DNA of 64,000 nt, taken from NCBI GenBank assembly GCA_934176955.1, contig CAKPOS010000001.1:28310-92309 (forward strand), read 5' to 3'. The notes below the pieces were generated by a model that saw only the letters and a program-made list of their open reading frames with translations, did no database searches and was not told the DNA's origin. This document shows positions 1 through 9,562 of this stretch, in pieces. Position numbers and translations under genes: made by a program. Numbering within the stretch: position 1 is the first letter of the stretch; every line of letters begins with the position of its first letter. This DNA comes from an uncultured Bacilli bacterium. GTDB lineage: Bacteria > Bacillota_I > Bacilli_A > RF39 > UBA660.

Positions 1-23
1 AAGATAACTATCATTTAGAGAAT

Positions 24-848
24 ATGAAGATTTTAGCAGAAAATTATTCGATTAGTTATTATTTATATCCTTTAATGACTAAAAAAGAATATATTCAAGG
101 AAAATTTTATCGTGAAGAAATTCAAGCTTTAATCAAAGCAAATAGTAAATTAAAAGCAAGAGCAATTTATTATTACATTACAAATTGTTCTCTTTCTGTA
201 GAAGAACGAATGGATTTAGATAATGAATTATGGGACAATCAAGTTCCTTTTCGAGCAGTATGGCTTGGTAGAAGGGAAATAGATAATTCAGAAAAGGGGT
301 CTAAAAATCCTAAATATTTAGAAAATTTAGCTTTATTAAATTCTTTAGAAGATAAATATGTTCTTTTTATTGAACGATTATTATCAGATTCTCTTTTACG
401 GAAACAAAATTATCAAGAAAGAGATATTCAAACTTTACTTTCTTTAAATGATGATGAATTATTTTTCGATCTTTTTGAAGTCATGAGTGATAAGAATAGT
501 GCTGCTAGTATTTATCATTTAATGGATATTTCTTTAATTCAAAATACTTCTTCTTATTTTACCCGAAGAATGCTAATTTCTATGGCAACAAATCAAGAAA
601 ATTTAAATAGTAAAAATCATTGGTTTGATATGAATTATGTTGCTTCTCTTGATTTTGATTTGCTTGATTCTAAGATGCAAGCTTTATTACAATATTTATT
701 TTTAACTTCTGAAGGGATAAAAGATAAAGAGAGAATGTCTAAGTTAAAACAAATTCAACCAGAATTTTCGATGGAAAAAATAGATAAGAAAGGATTAAAA
801 CTACCTAAAGGAAAAGTTTTGATGAGAATTAAAAGGTATTTTTTATAA
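24..848 (+). CDS. hypothetical protein, possibly 5'-truncated (frame stays open to the window edge)
   Basis: 274-aa ORF with no stop upstream in frame back to base 3. No recognisable motif. Confidence 0.4.
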   Translation: MKILAENYSISYYLYPLMTKKEYIQGKFYREEIQALIKANSKLKARAIYYYITNCSLSVEERMDLDNELWDNQVPFRAVWLGRREIDNSEKGSKNPKYLENLALLNSLEDKYVLFIERLLSDSLLRKQNYQERDIQTLLSLNDDELFFDLFEVMSDKNSAASIYHLMDISLIQNTSSYFTRRMLISMATNQENLNSKNHWFDMNYVASLDFDLLDSKMQALLQYLFLTSEGIKDKERMSKLKQIQPEFSMEKIDKKGLKLPKGKVLMRIKRYFL

Positions 849-871
849 AAAATACTTAAGGGGAAGAGAGA

Positions 872-1057
872 ATGATTTTAAATATAAGTGGTAGGACAGA
901 TATTGTTTCTTTTATTGATGATTATCGGAATGTTAAAAAGAATGAAAAAACTTTAAAATTTAGACCATTTACGGAGAGAGATTACCAAGAAATAGGTAAA
1001 AATTTTAGTCGGAGTGCTAAAAATAATGGGATTGTTGTTCAGACTTGTTTTGAATAG
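872..1057 (+). CDS. small hypothetical protein (61 aa)
   Basis: ORF preceded by GGGGAAGAGAG RBS-like purine run. No homology recognised. Confidence 0.25.
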   Translation: MILNISGRTDIVSFIDDYRNVKKNEKTLKFRPFTERDYQEIGKNFSRSAKNNGIVVQTCFE

Positions 1058-1312
1058 AGAAATTTAGTGGGGTATGGTTTTGTTAAAGGAGAATGTTTAT
1101 CTCATGAATTTGCTTATCGTTTAACGTGAAAGAAATATCCTGATTGGACCGCTAGAAAAGAAGGAAAAAGTAAAAAATCATATTCAAAAACATATTCTTT
1201 CTTCTTCTTTGTTGGTTGGAAAGTTGGAAGATGATGATGTGATCAAGGTGAGATAATGAAAAGAACAGAATAGAAAGGGAAGCTGTCCACAAAATTCTGA
1301 TGGGATTAGTAG

Positions 1313-1642
1313 ATGGTAGTAAGATTGAACAATTTAGAATTTGATGATCATCAGACAAAAGAGGCAATGTTTGCTTTTCAATGTGATAAATTGGAATGTG
1401 ATTTGCAAAGTAAGTTGTATGATGAAGAAAAATGTGTTGATTTAACTCATCAAGAGGAAAATAAAGTAATGAATAATTCGATAGTTCATCGTTTGCTTGA
1501 TGAGGAAAGTTCATGGTCAGAGATGTGGTTAAAATTTGGACAAGAGATTTATCCTTATGATGAGAATTTTAAATCTGTTTCTGATTATGCTATTGAGCAT
1601 AAAATTCATGAAAAAAGAACCAAAAAACTAAATCATATATAA
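1313..1642 (+). CDS. hypothetical acidic protein (109 aa)
   Basis: More protein-like composition than the overlapping minus-strand ORF 1152..1514. Followed by a bidirectional terminator. Confidence 0.25.
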   Translation: MVVRLNNLEFDDHQTKEAMFAFQCDKLECDLQSKLYDEEKCVDLTHQEENKVMNNSIVHRLLDEESSWSEMWLKFGQEIYPYDENFKSVSDYAIEHKIHEKRTKKLNHI

Positions 1643-1650
1643 CTAAAAAA

Positions 1651-1681
1651 AGATATCATAAGTGGTATCTTTTATTTTGGT
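1651..1681. terminator. bidirectional intrinsic terminator
   Basis: AAGATATC..GGTATCTT stem flanked by an A-run and a T-run, between convergent genes. Confidence 0.5.
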
Positions 1682-2847
1682 TTCTTTTTAGAAAATCCAT
1701 TAAATTTGTATAGAAGGTCATTGATGACTAAATCAAAACTATTTGTATATTCTATAATATTGCCATTATATCCTGTTTTCGTAATTTGATTTTTTGCAAC
1801 AAAAATTGTTCCTAAGTCAAATCTAGAATATCCTTCCATAATTAATTTTTTCATAATCTCCCATTTTATCATAGGAATACTTCGAATACTTTTAAATTCA
1901 TTGGTATAACTTTCTTTAATAAAAGTCACTTCACGATCATTTTTGATAATGCCAACACCAGAGATAATTACACCTTTTGGATATTTTTTTAAAATTTCTG
2001 TTCCGGCAATAAGCTCATTATTATAAGTTGTTAATAAATGGTCAGAAGTCATTTTTCTTTCCAGTAAATTTTTTGTTTTTTGTATTCGTGGGTTTTTTAA
2101 TTTTTGATTTAATCTTTCATTGTTGATTTGTTCTTTCTTAATTAAATAGCGATAATTATTAATATAAGTTTCGGGCATGATTTTTGCTAAATAAAATTCA
2201 AATTGATTACTTTTAGAAGTAAATAATTCCATGATATTTTGATATCTTTCTTTATTCTCTACTAGATTTAAAAAGTCTTGTTTATCTTTTTCTGTTCCTT
2301 GATAAACGGTTATTCCTTTTTTTAAACAGTTATTAATATTTCTTCTTAAACTTCTTTTAAAATTTTGATAGGTAGATTTAATATTTGTTGCTTTTAATAC
2401 CATTTTATATTTTGCAGTATTTGGGATAAAATCATATTCTAATTTTTCAAATTCTTTAATAATTCCGCTGTTATTTTCTTTTAAGATAAAATCACTATCA
2501 TAAACTTGATAATTGATTAAGGGATTGATTCTTAAGTAAATATAATTTAATTTTTTTAAGTAAGATTTTAATTCAGTAGTAAAGCATTTTAATAAATCAA
2601 GATTATAATAATCTAATAAATATCCATTAGGGACATATCCATAGCGATGTTTATTATTAATCTTTTTTTCTAAGATTAAAGTAGCAGCGTGAACGTTATT
2701 CATCTCATCAATTAATCCTAAAAAAAGAGGGGTATATCCATTCATCATTTTTAATTTTGCATACTCAACACTTTGTTTATAATTTCTCTTACTATGTAGA
2801 GTAGAATAGTTCTTAAATTGTAATTCAGATAAGGTAATAATATGCAT
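1672..2847 (-). CDS. FemAB-family peptidoglycan interpeptide-bridge aminoacyltransferase
   Basis: 391 aa. C-terminal pattern YPKGVIISG...SYTNEFKS...YSRFDLG parallels FemX HPEGIYLSG...SSNEFRD...TYDFGG after a central coiled coil. Sits next to ddl. Confidence 0.6.
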   Translation of the reverse strand: MHIITLSELQFKNYSTLHSKRNYKQSVEYAKLKMMNGYTPLFLGLIDEMNNVHAATLILEKKINNKHRYGYVPNGYLLDYYNLDLLKCFTTELKSYLKKLNYIYLRINPLINYQVYDSDFILKENNSGIIKEFEKLEYDFIPNTAKYKMVLKATNIKSTYQNFKRSLRRNINNCLKKGITVYQGTEKDKQDFLNLVENKERYQNIMELFTSKSNQFEFYLAKIMPETYINNYRYLIKKEQINNERLNQKLKNPRIQKTKNLLERKMTSDHLLTTYNNELIAGTEILKKYPKGVIISGVGIIKNDREVTFIKESYTNEFKSIRSIPMIKWEIMKKLIMEGYSRFDLGTIFVAKNQITKTGYNGNIIEYTNSFDLVINDLLYKFNGFSKKKPK

Positions 2848-3019
2848 CTTATTCCTCCTTTGACTTCTTAATTATAGCAATTTTTTTTCTCTTTGTATAG
2901 TCTTTAAATTAACATTTAGTTATTGGTAAGTATTTTTGCTTAAGAAAAAATGTAAACTGAATTGTTTTTCCTTTTCAAAGAAATTTTTTTATATTATACT
3001 AGATTTGTAGGTGATAAAA

Positions 3020-4177
3020 ATGAAATTAAATGTTGGTGTAATTTTTGGGGGGAAAACCGTTGAACATGAGGCCTCTATTTTAACTGCAATTCAAGCTATT
3101 TCTCATATTGACAGTGAAAAATATGAAGTCATTCCCATTTATATTACAAAAGATTTAGAATGGTATACAGGAGGATGTTTAAAGTTTTTAGATACTTTTA
3201 AAGATTTTGATTTAATTAAAAGATATGCAAAAAAAGTAAGATTAATCAATAAAGAAGGAAGATATGTTTTACAGAAAGTTGGAGTAGTTAAGAGTGAGGT
3301 TTGTGAACTTCATTTAGCATTTCCTATGGTTCATGGAGCTAATATGGAAGATGGATCAATTCAAGGTTATTTAAATCTAATTGGTATTCCTTATGTAGGA
3401 AGTAATATTTATTCTTCTGTCATGGCACAAGATAAAGTATTTATGAAACAAGTACTGATAGCAAATGATATTCCTGTTACAAAATTTGTGTGGTTTGGAG
3501 AAAGATTCTATCGAAATAAGAAAGAAGAATTATTCAAACAAATTGATGAATTAAAATATCCTCTTATGATTAAACCTGCTACTTTAGGAGGAAGTGTAGG
3601 AGTAGAAACGATTACACAAAAAGAAGAAATTGATTCTACAATCGAAAGAACTTTTAAATTTGATAGCAAAGTTATTATCGAAGAAAAAATCTCTGATTTA
3701 GTAGAATATAACTGTTCCGTATTATTAACGCCAAATGGAAATATTACTAGTGAAATAGAAGAAATTAAAACCAGTAAAGAAATGATTGAATATGGAGATA
3801 AATTCTTAGTAGGAGAAGCTTTAGAAGATTCTAGTATTGTAAGAACTTGCCCTGCAGATATTTCTGAAAAATTAAGAAAAGAAATTGAAACTTATTCTTT
3901 AGCTGTATTTAAATTACTAAATATGCGAGGAACTGCTCGAATTGATTTCTTATATGATACAAAAAGTAAAAAGTTATACGTTGATGAGGTAAATAGTATT
4001 CCTTGGTGCTTTGCTCATCATTTATGGGAAGCTAGAAATATTTCTTATCGTGAACTTTTAAATGTCATGCTAAAAGATGCTATTTCTGTAGAAGTTAAAC
4101 ATCAAGAAATGACATTAACCCTTTCTTCTGATATTATTAAAAATACAACGAATGCAAAATTAAAGGAGATGAAGTAA
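3020..4177 (+). CDS. ddl: D-alanine--D-alanine ligase
   Basis: N-terminal VGVIFGGKTVEHEASILTA and C-terminal EVNSIPW...W.A..ISYRELL are classic Ddl motifs. AGGTGA RBS 6 nt before ATG 3020, so the GTG at 3011 is inside the RBS. Confidence 0.85.
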   Translation: MKLNVGVIFGGKTVEHEASILTAIQAISHIDSEKYEVIPIYITKDLEWYTGGCLKFLDTFKDFDLIKRYAKKVRLINKEGRYVLQKVGVVKSEVCELHLAFPMVHGANMEDGSIQGYLNLIGIPYVGSNIYSSVMAQDKVFMKQVLIANDIPVTKFVWFGERFYRNKKEELFKQIDELKYPLMIKPATLGGSVGVETITQKEEIDSTIERTFKFDSKVIIEEKISDLVEYNCSVLLTPNGNITSEIEEIKTSKEMIEYGDKFLVGEALEDSSIVRTCPADISEKLRKEIETYSLAVFKLLNMRGTARIDFLYDTKSKKLYVDEVNSIPWCFAHHLWEARNISYRELLNVMLKDAISVEVKHQEMTLTLSSDIIKNTTNAKLKEMK

Positions 4178-4737
4178 TGTACGGATATATTAAAGGGAAA
4201 ATTACAGAAATCGACAGCAATCATGTCATTTTAGAAAATCAAGATATTGGCTATTTAATTTATGTTCCTAATCCTTATTCTTATCGTTTAAATGAAATCG
4301 TAACCATTTATACTTATACTAAAGTAGGAGAAGAAGAGTATACTTTATATGGTTTTCAAACAAGAGAACAAAAAGAACTTTTCTTAAAACTAATCTCAGT
4401 AAAAGGATTAGGCCCTAAAATGGCTTTACCAATTATTGCTACAGGAAGTTTTACCTCTATTGCGGATGCTATTGAAAATAATCATCTAAGTTATTTGAAA
4501 AAATTTCCTAAGATTGGGGATAAAGTAGCAAAACAAATGGTTTTAGACTTAAAAGGAAAATTAAACACGGTCAATACTGGCTTATTTGCCAAAGAAGACT
4601 TTGCTGATGAATTAACAGAAGTATTACTAGGTCTTGGCTATAAACAAGCAGATGTTAAGAAAGTTGCCACAAAAGTAGATGGTAATTTATCTTTAGAAGA
4701 TCAAATTAAAGAAGCTTTAAAATTGATGTTAAAATAA
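4177..4737 (+). CDS. ruvA: Holliday junction DNA helicase subunit RuvA
   Basis: MYGYIKGKITEI... OB fold start. LISVKGLGPKMALPII helix-hairpin-helix. 186 aa. Confidence 0.85.
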   Translation: MYGYIKGKITEIDSNHVILENQDIGYLIYVPNPYSYRLNEIVTIYTYTKVGEEEYTLYGFQTREQKELFLKLISVKGLGPKMALPIIATGSFTSIADAIENNHLSYLKKFPKIGDKVAKQMVLDLKGKLNTVNTGLFAKEDFADELTEVLLGLGYKQADVKKVATKVDGNLSLEDQIKEALKLMLK

Positions 4738-4860
4738 TATTTTTTATTAAAAAAGTTTGTTATAAAAATAATGATAAACTTTTTTTCTTACTTTTTTGGT
4801 AATCCTTTGACACTAAAAAATTATATGCTATAATTGATATAGAATAAAGAGGTGGTTCTT

Positions 4861-6024
4861 TTGGGTAAGTATGATACAATTTTAAAAGTAAAAAAAGAAT
4901 ATCCCAAAAAAATACAGGAAGAACAAACTCATCATCGTCATTTTTCAAAATATGTAATCATTTATCTATTTTCTATTTTCCTTGTTTTAGGAATCAGTTA
5001 TATCGTTTACTATCAAACAGTATTATCTTTTGAAAGTGTATTACAAAATGATTTCTTCATTTTAAAAAAGCAATATACAAATGTTTTTCATCCTATTATT
5101 CCTAAAAATGTTATTTCTTCTTCTAGTTTAGAAGGAACATTTTCTTTAGAAAATACCGTTTATAATTATGGAATTCTAAAAGAAAAAGGAAAAATACAGT
5201 TAGAACTTTCTAACCAAGAAAATTATTTATATTCAAAAATTACTTCACAAGATTATTCTTTAAAATTAGAAAAATTTTCTTCTTATGGATTAGTTTTTGA
5301 ACAAGATATTTTGTATCAAGACTTAATTTCTCGGTTAAAAGCAAAAATCTCTCAAATAAAATCTGCTAAAAATTTATATTTAGAAGGAAATATTCCTATT
5401 GTAGAATTTGCTTTTTCTTTAAATGAAAAAGATATCAACGATGTTTTAGGAAGCAATATTTTAAAAGATCAATATAATATTATTGTCACCATAAAAAATA
5501 ATGCTTTAACCAATGAATTTATTTCTTTTAAAAGTGCAATAACAAACCAGAAAACAGGACAAAGAAGTATTTTAGAATATAAAGATAAAGAAATGATTTA
5601 TGAGGTTAATAAAGCAAAAACATATCGATTCAATATAAAAAATAAGGAAAAAGATTTCCAACTAAGAATTTATAAAAATGGGGAATTATACAGCACTTTC
5701 TTAGGAGAATCTTCAAAATATCAATATACTTATTCTTACCAAGTAATTAATAAAGTATATAATTTAAAATTTATGATTCAAGAAGAAAAAGGAGGATATT
5801 CTTATGAATTAAATTCTAGTATTGAAAAAGAGGGAGTAACTACAGAAAAAGCAGTTAAAGCTGTTTTAAGAAATGGACAAAATGACCTTTTAGAAGAAAG
5901 TACTGCTAAAAGAAGAAATTATCAAAATCTTTCTCAAGAAGAAAAAGAGAAATTTCAAAATGCTTTAAAAGACTTCCTTTCTCCATTAGAAAATCTTATT
6001 CATTATTACAAAAATGATATCTAG
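4861..6024 (+). CDS. hypothetical membrane-anchored protein
   Basis: AGAGGTGG RBS then TTG 4861. Single N-terminal TM helix (YVIIYLFSIFLVLGISYIVYY). No known domain. Confidence 0.45.
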   Translation: MGKYDTILKVKKEYPKKIQEEQTHHRHFSKYVIIYLFSIFLVLGISYIVYYQTVLSFESVLQNDFFILKKQYTNVFHPIIPKNVISSSSLEGTFSLENTVYNYGILKEKGKIQLELSNQENYLYSKITSQDYSLKLEKFSSYGLVFEQDILYQDLISRLKAKISQIKSAKNLYLEGNIPIVEFAFSLNEKDINDVLGSNILKDQYNIIVTIKNNALTNEFISFKSAITNQKTGQRSILEYKDKEMIYEVNKAKTYRFNIKNKEKDFQLRIYKNGELYSTFLGESSKYQYTYSYQVINKVYNLKFMIQEEKGGYSYELNSSIEKEGVTTEKAVKAVLRNGQNDLLEESTAKRRNYQNLSQEEKEKFQNALKDFLSPLENLIHYYKNDI

Positions 6025-6498
6025 TAATTGAATGCACATTACGATTATACTAAATTTTGGGGGGATTTTTCGAAGTAGGGGATCAAGAAGAGGTTTAATG
6101 AAATATAAGTAAAAGCAACCTAATATTCCCCAAATTATGGATAGCTCCAAACAAAGATAACGTCCTAGATGATAAGGCTTTTTAGAATAATCCCATAACC
6201 TTGTTTGAAAGATTTTATAAAGGATAATTCCTCCTAAAAATTCAATTAAACTCATTAAAATTGTACAAGAAATAAAGGTGATGAATAATTTTTTTCCTTT
6301 ATTTCCTTTTGTTTTAGACAAAAAATACTGATCGAGTACATTCAATCCTAAAATACCAAATCCATAAACATAGGTAACTGGTCCATAACAAATTCCGCTA
6401 TGTCTTTTACTTCCTTTTATTTTATAAATTGTACTTTCTAAAAGAAATCCAACTATAGAATAAAAAATTAAACAATTGTAAGAATACATAAATATCAC
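5986..6498 (-). CDS. small polytopic membrane protein (DUF1113 / putative ABC-transporter type IV-like)
   Basis: 170 aa with four hydrophobic segments. Pattern resembles the PF06541 family. Converges on and overlaps the previous gene's 3' end by 39 nt. Confidence 0.4.
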   Translation of the reverse strand: MIFMYSYNCLIFYSIVGFLLESTIYKIKGSKRHSGICYGPVTYVYGFGILGLNVLDQYFLSKTKGNKGKKLFITFISCTILMSLIEFLGGIILYKIFQTRLWDYSKKPYHLGRYLCLELSIIWGILGCFYLYFIKPLLDPLLRKIPPKFSIIVMCIQLLDIIFVIMNKIF

Positions 6499-6568
6499 CT
6501 AACAAAATATTGCGCAAAAAAGAAGAATAATATTCAAAAAATACTATTCTTCTTTTGATTTATTTTCT

Positions 6569-6790
6569 TTATTTTGTTTGATTATAATTAGAACCATTTA
6601 ATTGGTTTTCTCCTAATTTCACTAATCTTTTAGTGATTTCACCACCAACTGATCCGTTAGCTCTAGAAGTAGCATCTGGTCCAAGGTTAACACCAAATTC
6701 GTTAGCGATTTCATACTTCATTCTTTCGATAGCTTGCTTTGCACCTGGAACTACCATTTTGTTATTATTTTGGCTGTTCATTCTGTTCAC
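6569..6790 (-). CDS. alpha/beta-type small acid-soluble spore protein
   Basis: [10 protein letters not shown] and [12 protein letters not shown] are the two SASP alpha/beta signature blocks. 73 aa. Confidence 0.85.
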   Translation of the reverse strand: MNRMNSQNNNKMVVPGAKQAIERMKYEIANEFGVNLGPDATSRANGSVGGEITKRLVKLGENQLNGSNYNQTK

Positions 6791-6854
6791 CTCCTACACT
6801 AATAGGTTGTGAACTTTTTACAATTTCATACGAAAAATTCTTTGGTAATTTTTA

Positions 6855-8042
6855 CTAAAATTGATATTTTTTATTTTCTTCGTTTTTATCAATTTTAATC
6901 GTATCTACAGTATCGACAGCTTCCTTTATCATTTCTGGATATGCAATATTTTTTTCATATTCTAAACATTTTTCTAAACTAGGATGAATGACTGGATGCT
7001 TTGGTAAGAAAATTGTACAACAATCTTCATAAGGTAAGATAGATATCTCATAAGTACCAATTTTTTTAGCAATTTCGATAATTTCTAATTTATCTAAACA
7101 AGCTACTGGACGAATAATTGGAACATTTGTTACCTGATTAATCACACACATACTTGGTAAAGTCTGACTCGCAACTTGTCCAACAGATTCTCCATTAATT
7201 AAAATATAAGAATTTGTTTTCTTAATCATTTCTTCCCCAATACGATACATCATTCTTCTCATAATAGTAATCATATAATCAGGATTAATATTTTTGTAAA
7301 TATTTTCTTGAATATTGGTAAAATTAATGATATGCAATTTAATATTAGGTTGATACTTCGAAAGTTCTTTTACTAAATCTTTTACTTTCTTTTTAGCAAG
7401 TTCTGATGTATGAGGAGGAGATTCAAAGTAAAGACATTCAATCTTAATTCCTCTTTTCATCGCCATATATCCAGCAACAGGAGAATCAATTCCTCCTGAT
7501 AGCATTAAAATTCCTTTTCCAGCAACACCAACTGGATATCCACCAGCACCTTCGTAAACTTCTCCATAGAGATAAGAAAATTCTTCACGAATTTCTATTT
7601 TAACGGTATAATCTGGATGATGAACATCTACAGAAATATTAGGAATGTTTTTTAAAATTAGTCCTCCAATTTCACGACTAAATTCCATACTAGAAATAGG
7701 AAAATTTTTATTGCTTCTTTTCGTTTCTACTTTAAAAGTTTTAAAAGAAATCGTTTTTACAATTGTTAAAATATTTTCTTTTAAACTTTCAATATTATTA
7801 TCACTCTGGTAAGCAATAACTATACGATGAATTCCAAAAACATTTTTTAATTTCTCGATTATATTTGGAATTCTCTTTTCATTGATTGGTTCAATAAACA
7901 TTCGAACACGAGTTGCAGTAATTTTTACTTCTTCTTCTTTTAAACTATTTTTAATATTATTTAGTAGAGTTTGAATAAATAAATTTCGATTTTGTTTTTT
8001 TGTAGTTAATTCTCCATATTGTATTAAGATCACTTTTTTCAT
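6855..8042 (-). CDS. thiI: tRNA 4-thiouridine(8) synthase ThiI
   Basis: N-terminal THUMP-type region and PP-loop LMLSGGIDSPVAGY. Confidence 0.9.
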   Translation of the reverse strand: MKKVILIQYGELTTKKQNRNLFIQTLLNNIKNSLKEEEVKITATRVRMFIEPINEKRIPNIIEKLKNVFGIHRIVIAYQSDNNIESLKENILTIVKTISFKTFKVETKRSNKNFPISSMEFSREIGGLILKNIPNISVDVHHPDYTVKIEIREEFSYLYGEVYEGAGGYPVGVAGKGILMLSGGIDSPVAGYMAMKRGIKIECLYFESPPHTSELAKKKVKDLVKELSKYQPNIKLHIINFTNIQENIYKNINPDYMITIMRRMMYRIGEEMIKKTNSYILINGESVGQVASQTLPSMCVINQVTNVPIIRPVACLDKLEIIEIAKKIGTYEISILPYEDCCTIFLPKHPVIHPSLEKCLEYEKNIAYPEMIKEAVDTVDTIKIDKNEENKKYQF

Positions 8043-8125
8043 GAATAAATTCCTTCTTTCGTATATTCATTATAAAAATAAAACAACTATCTGTCAATCA
8101 ATAAAAAAAGACTTTTAGTAAGACA

Positions 8126-8226
8126 AAAACAAAGAGACTGTTCCCCTGCGGACAGTCTCCCAAAAAGAATAAAAAGGGTTGGCTAGTGTGATACTAGCAC
8201 CAATTCATACAAAATTTGAATTGGTG
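8126..8226 (-). ncRNA. candidate small RNA or attenuator-type leader upstream of thiI
   Basis: Minus-strand TTGACA-17-TAGTAT promoter (plus coords 8233-8261), two hairpins, then a GAGACUGU/ACAGUCUC hairpin followed by UUUGUUUUUGUCU. It ends ~84 nt before the thiI start. Confidence 0.3.
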
Positions 8227-8380
8227 ATTTATATACTAATCGATTTGTAGTCATTTGTCAAGCATAAAATGAAAAAAATTTTAAATAGTAACTTTTAAGG
8301 GGGAACTTCTTTCTATATATATGGCTATTATTAATTGTAATAAAGAAAAACTTTTTGTATAATAATAAAGGAGGATGTTT

Positions 8381-8893
8381 ATGGAATTTAATCAAGTTAT
8401 TCAAAAAAGAACAGCAATTCGGAATTTTCAAGAAGACAAAAAAATAGAAAAAGATAAATTATTACAAATATTAGAAGCAGGAAGGATTGCTCCAACAGCT
8501 AAGAATTTGCAACCACAAAAAATTTTAGTTGTTTCGAACAAAAAAAGTCTTGATAAGATAGATAAAGCAACACCTTGCCGTTATCATGCCCCAACTGTTT
8601 TAATTGTTTGTGTAGATAAGAAAAAAGTTTTTTCTCAAAATGGATACTCTACCGCAGAAGTAGATGGCTCTATCGTAGCAACACATATGATGTTAGAAGC
8701 TACTAATTTAGGAATAGATAATATTTGGATTGAAATGTTTGATCGAGATGTTTTAAAAAAAGAATTTTCTTTAAAAGAAGAGTTTCTTCCTATATGTCTA
8801 TTACCAATAGGATATCGAGAAGTTGGCTGCTTAGAAAGTCCTAATCATAAAATAAGAAAAAGTTTAGAAGAAACAGTAATATATGTAGAATAA
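8381..8893 (+). CDS. nitroreductase-family oxidoreductase
   Basis: QKRTAIRNF...AGRIAPTAKNLQPQKILVV is a nitroreductase fold signature. GGAGG RBS is 8 nt from the ATG at 8384; start uncertain among three closely spaced in-frame ATGs (8375/8381/8384). Confidence 0.7.
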   Translation: MEFNQVIQKRTAIRNFQEDKKIEKDKLLQILEAGRIAPTAKNLQPQKILVVSNKKSLDKIDKATPCRYHAPTVLIVCVDKKKVFSQNGYSTAEVDGSIVATHMMLEATNLGIDNIWIEMFDRDVLKKEFSLKEEFLPICLLPIGYREVGCLESPNHKIRKSLEETVIYVE

Positions 8894-8988
8894 AATACAT
8901 CAATTTCTCTTCTCTAAAAAAAGAATAAGTATTTTAGGAAAAATAAAATGAAGTATTTTTTGAAACAAAAAGAAATCAAAATTAAGAA

Positions 8989-9017
8989 TTGACTTCTAGT
9001 ACTCTTTATACTATAAT
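8989..9017 (+). promoter_or_regulatory. sigma-A type promoter for the pheST leader
   Basis: TTGACT-17 nt-TATAAT. Confidence 0.6.
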
Positions 9018-9023
9018 ACTAAT

Positions 9024-9245
9024 TGTATTAAAGAAAGCGATAATAAAGAAAGTAGTAATATGAAAAAATAGAGATGCAAAGAGAGTTTATGTAGGTGAGA
9101 GTTAAACCATTTCTATCATATGAATTCACTCTTTTAGTTTTCTATGGATTACCTCATTATCGGTAAATAAGTGTATAGTTATTCTATAAAGAAAGGTGGT
9201 ACCACGGATTTATATTCGTCCTTTAGTCCCACCTTTCTTTTTTTT
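9024..9245 (+). promoter_or_regulatory. T-box riboswitch leader (Phe) with intrinsic terminator
   Basis: Conserved T-box AAAGAAAGGTGGTACCACGG at 9188-9207. Terminator stem GAAAGGTGG/CCACCTTTC plus a U8 run at 9191-9245. Confidence 0.75.
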
Positions 9246-9253
9246 AAGGAGGA

Positions 9254-9541
9254 ATGATGAAAAATCATGTCGAATATTTATTAAAGTATATTAGTAATGA
9301 TGCTTATCAAAAGCTTTTAAAGAAAAAAGGTTATCAAATAGAAGAGATAGCTCAGAATCGAAGAGATGTCGAACTAAATATTCGCTATTTAATAAGATTA
9401 GGCGTTAAAAATGTTGATTATGTTGTAATAGAAAGAATTGATGACTTACTTTTATCTCATCATGACTTTATCAAGAAGATCAATCAATATTTGGATAAGA
9501 CATCTAAAGAGGATTTTGTGAATATGTTAGAAAATAGTTAA
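9254..9541 (+). CDS. small hypothetical protein between the T-box and pheS
   Basis: 95-aa ORF with AAGGAGG RBS, inside the pheST leader-operon. Confidence 0.45.
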   Translation: MMKNHVEYLLKYISNDAYQKLLKKKGYQIEEIAQNRRDVELNIRYLIRLGVKNVDYVVIERIDDLLLSHHDFIKKINQYLDKTSKEDFVNMLENS

Positions 9542-9562
9542 GTAAAGATGGAGGATTTAAAA

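Noticed and set aside
1152-1514. Minus-strand 120-aa ORF overlapping 1313..1642(+)
   Set aside because: Hydrophobic low-complexity translation with no RBS or terminator context. The plus-strand ORF ends at a clear bidirectional terminator.
4760-4948. 62-aa minus-strand ORF spanning the ruvA terminator and the 4861 gene start
   Set aside because: Overlaps a terminator, an RBS and the start region of a plus-strand gene. Spurious.
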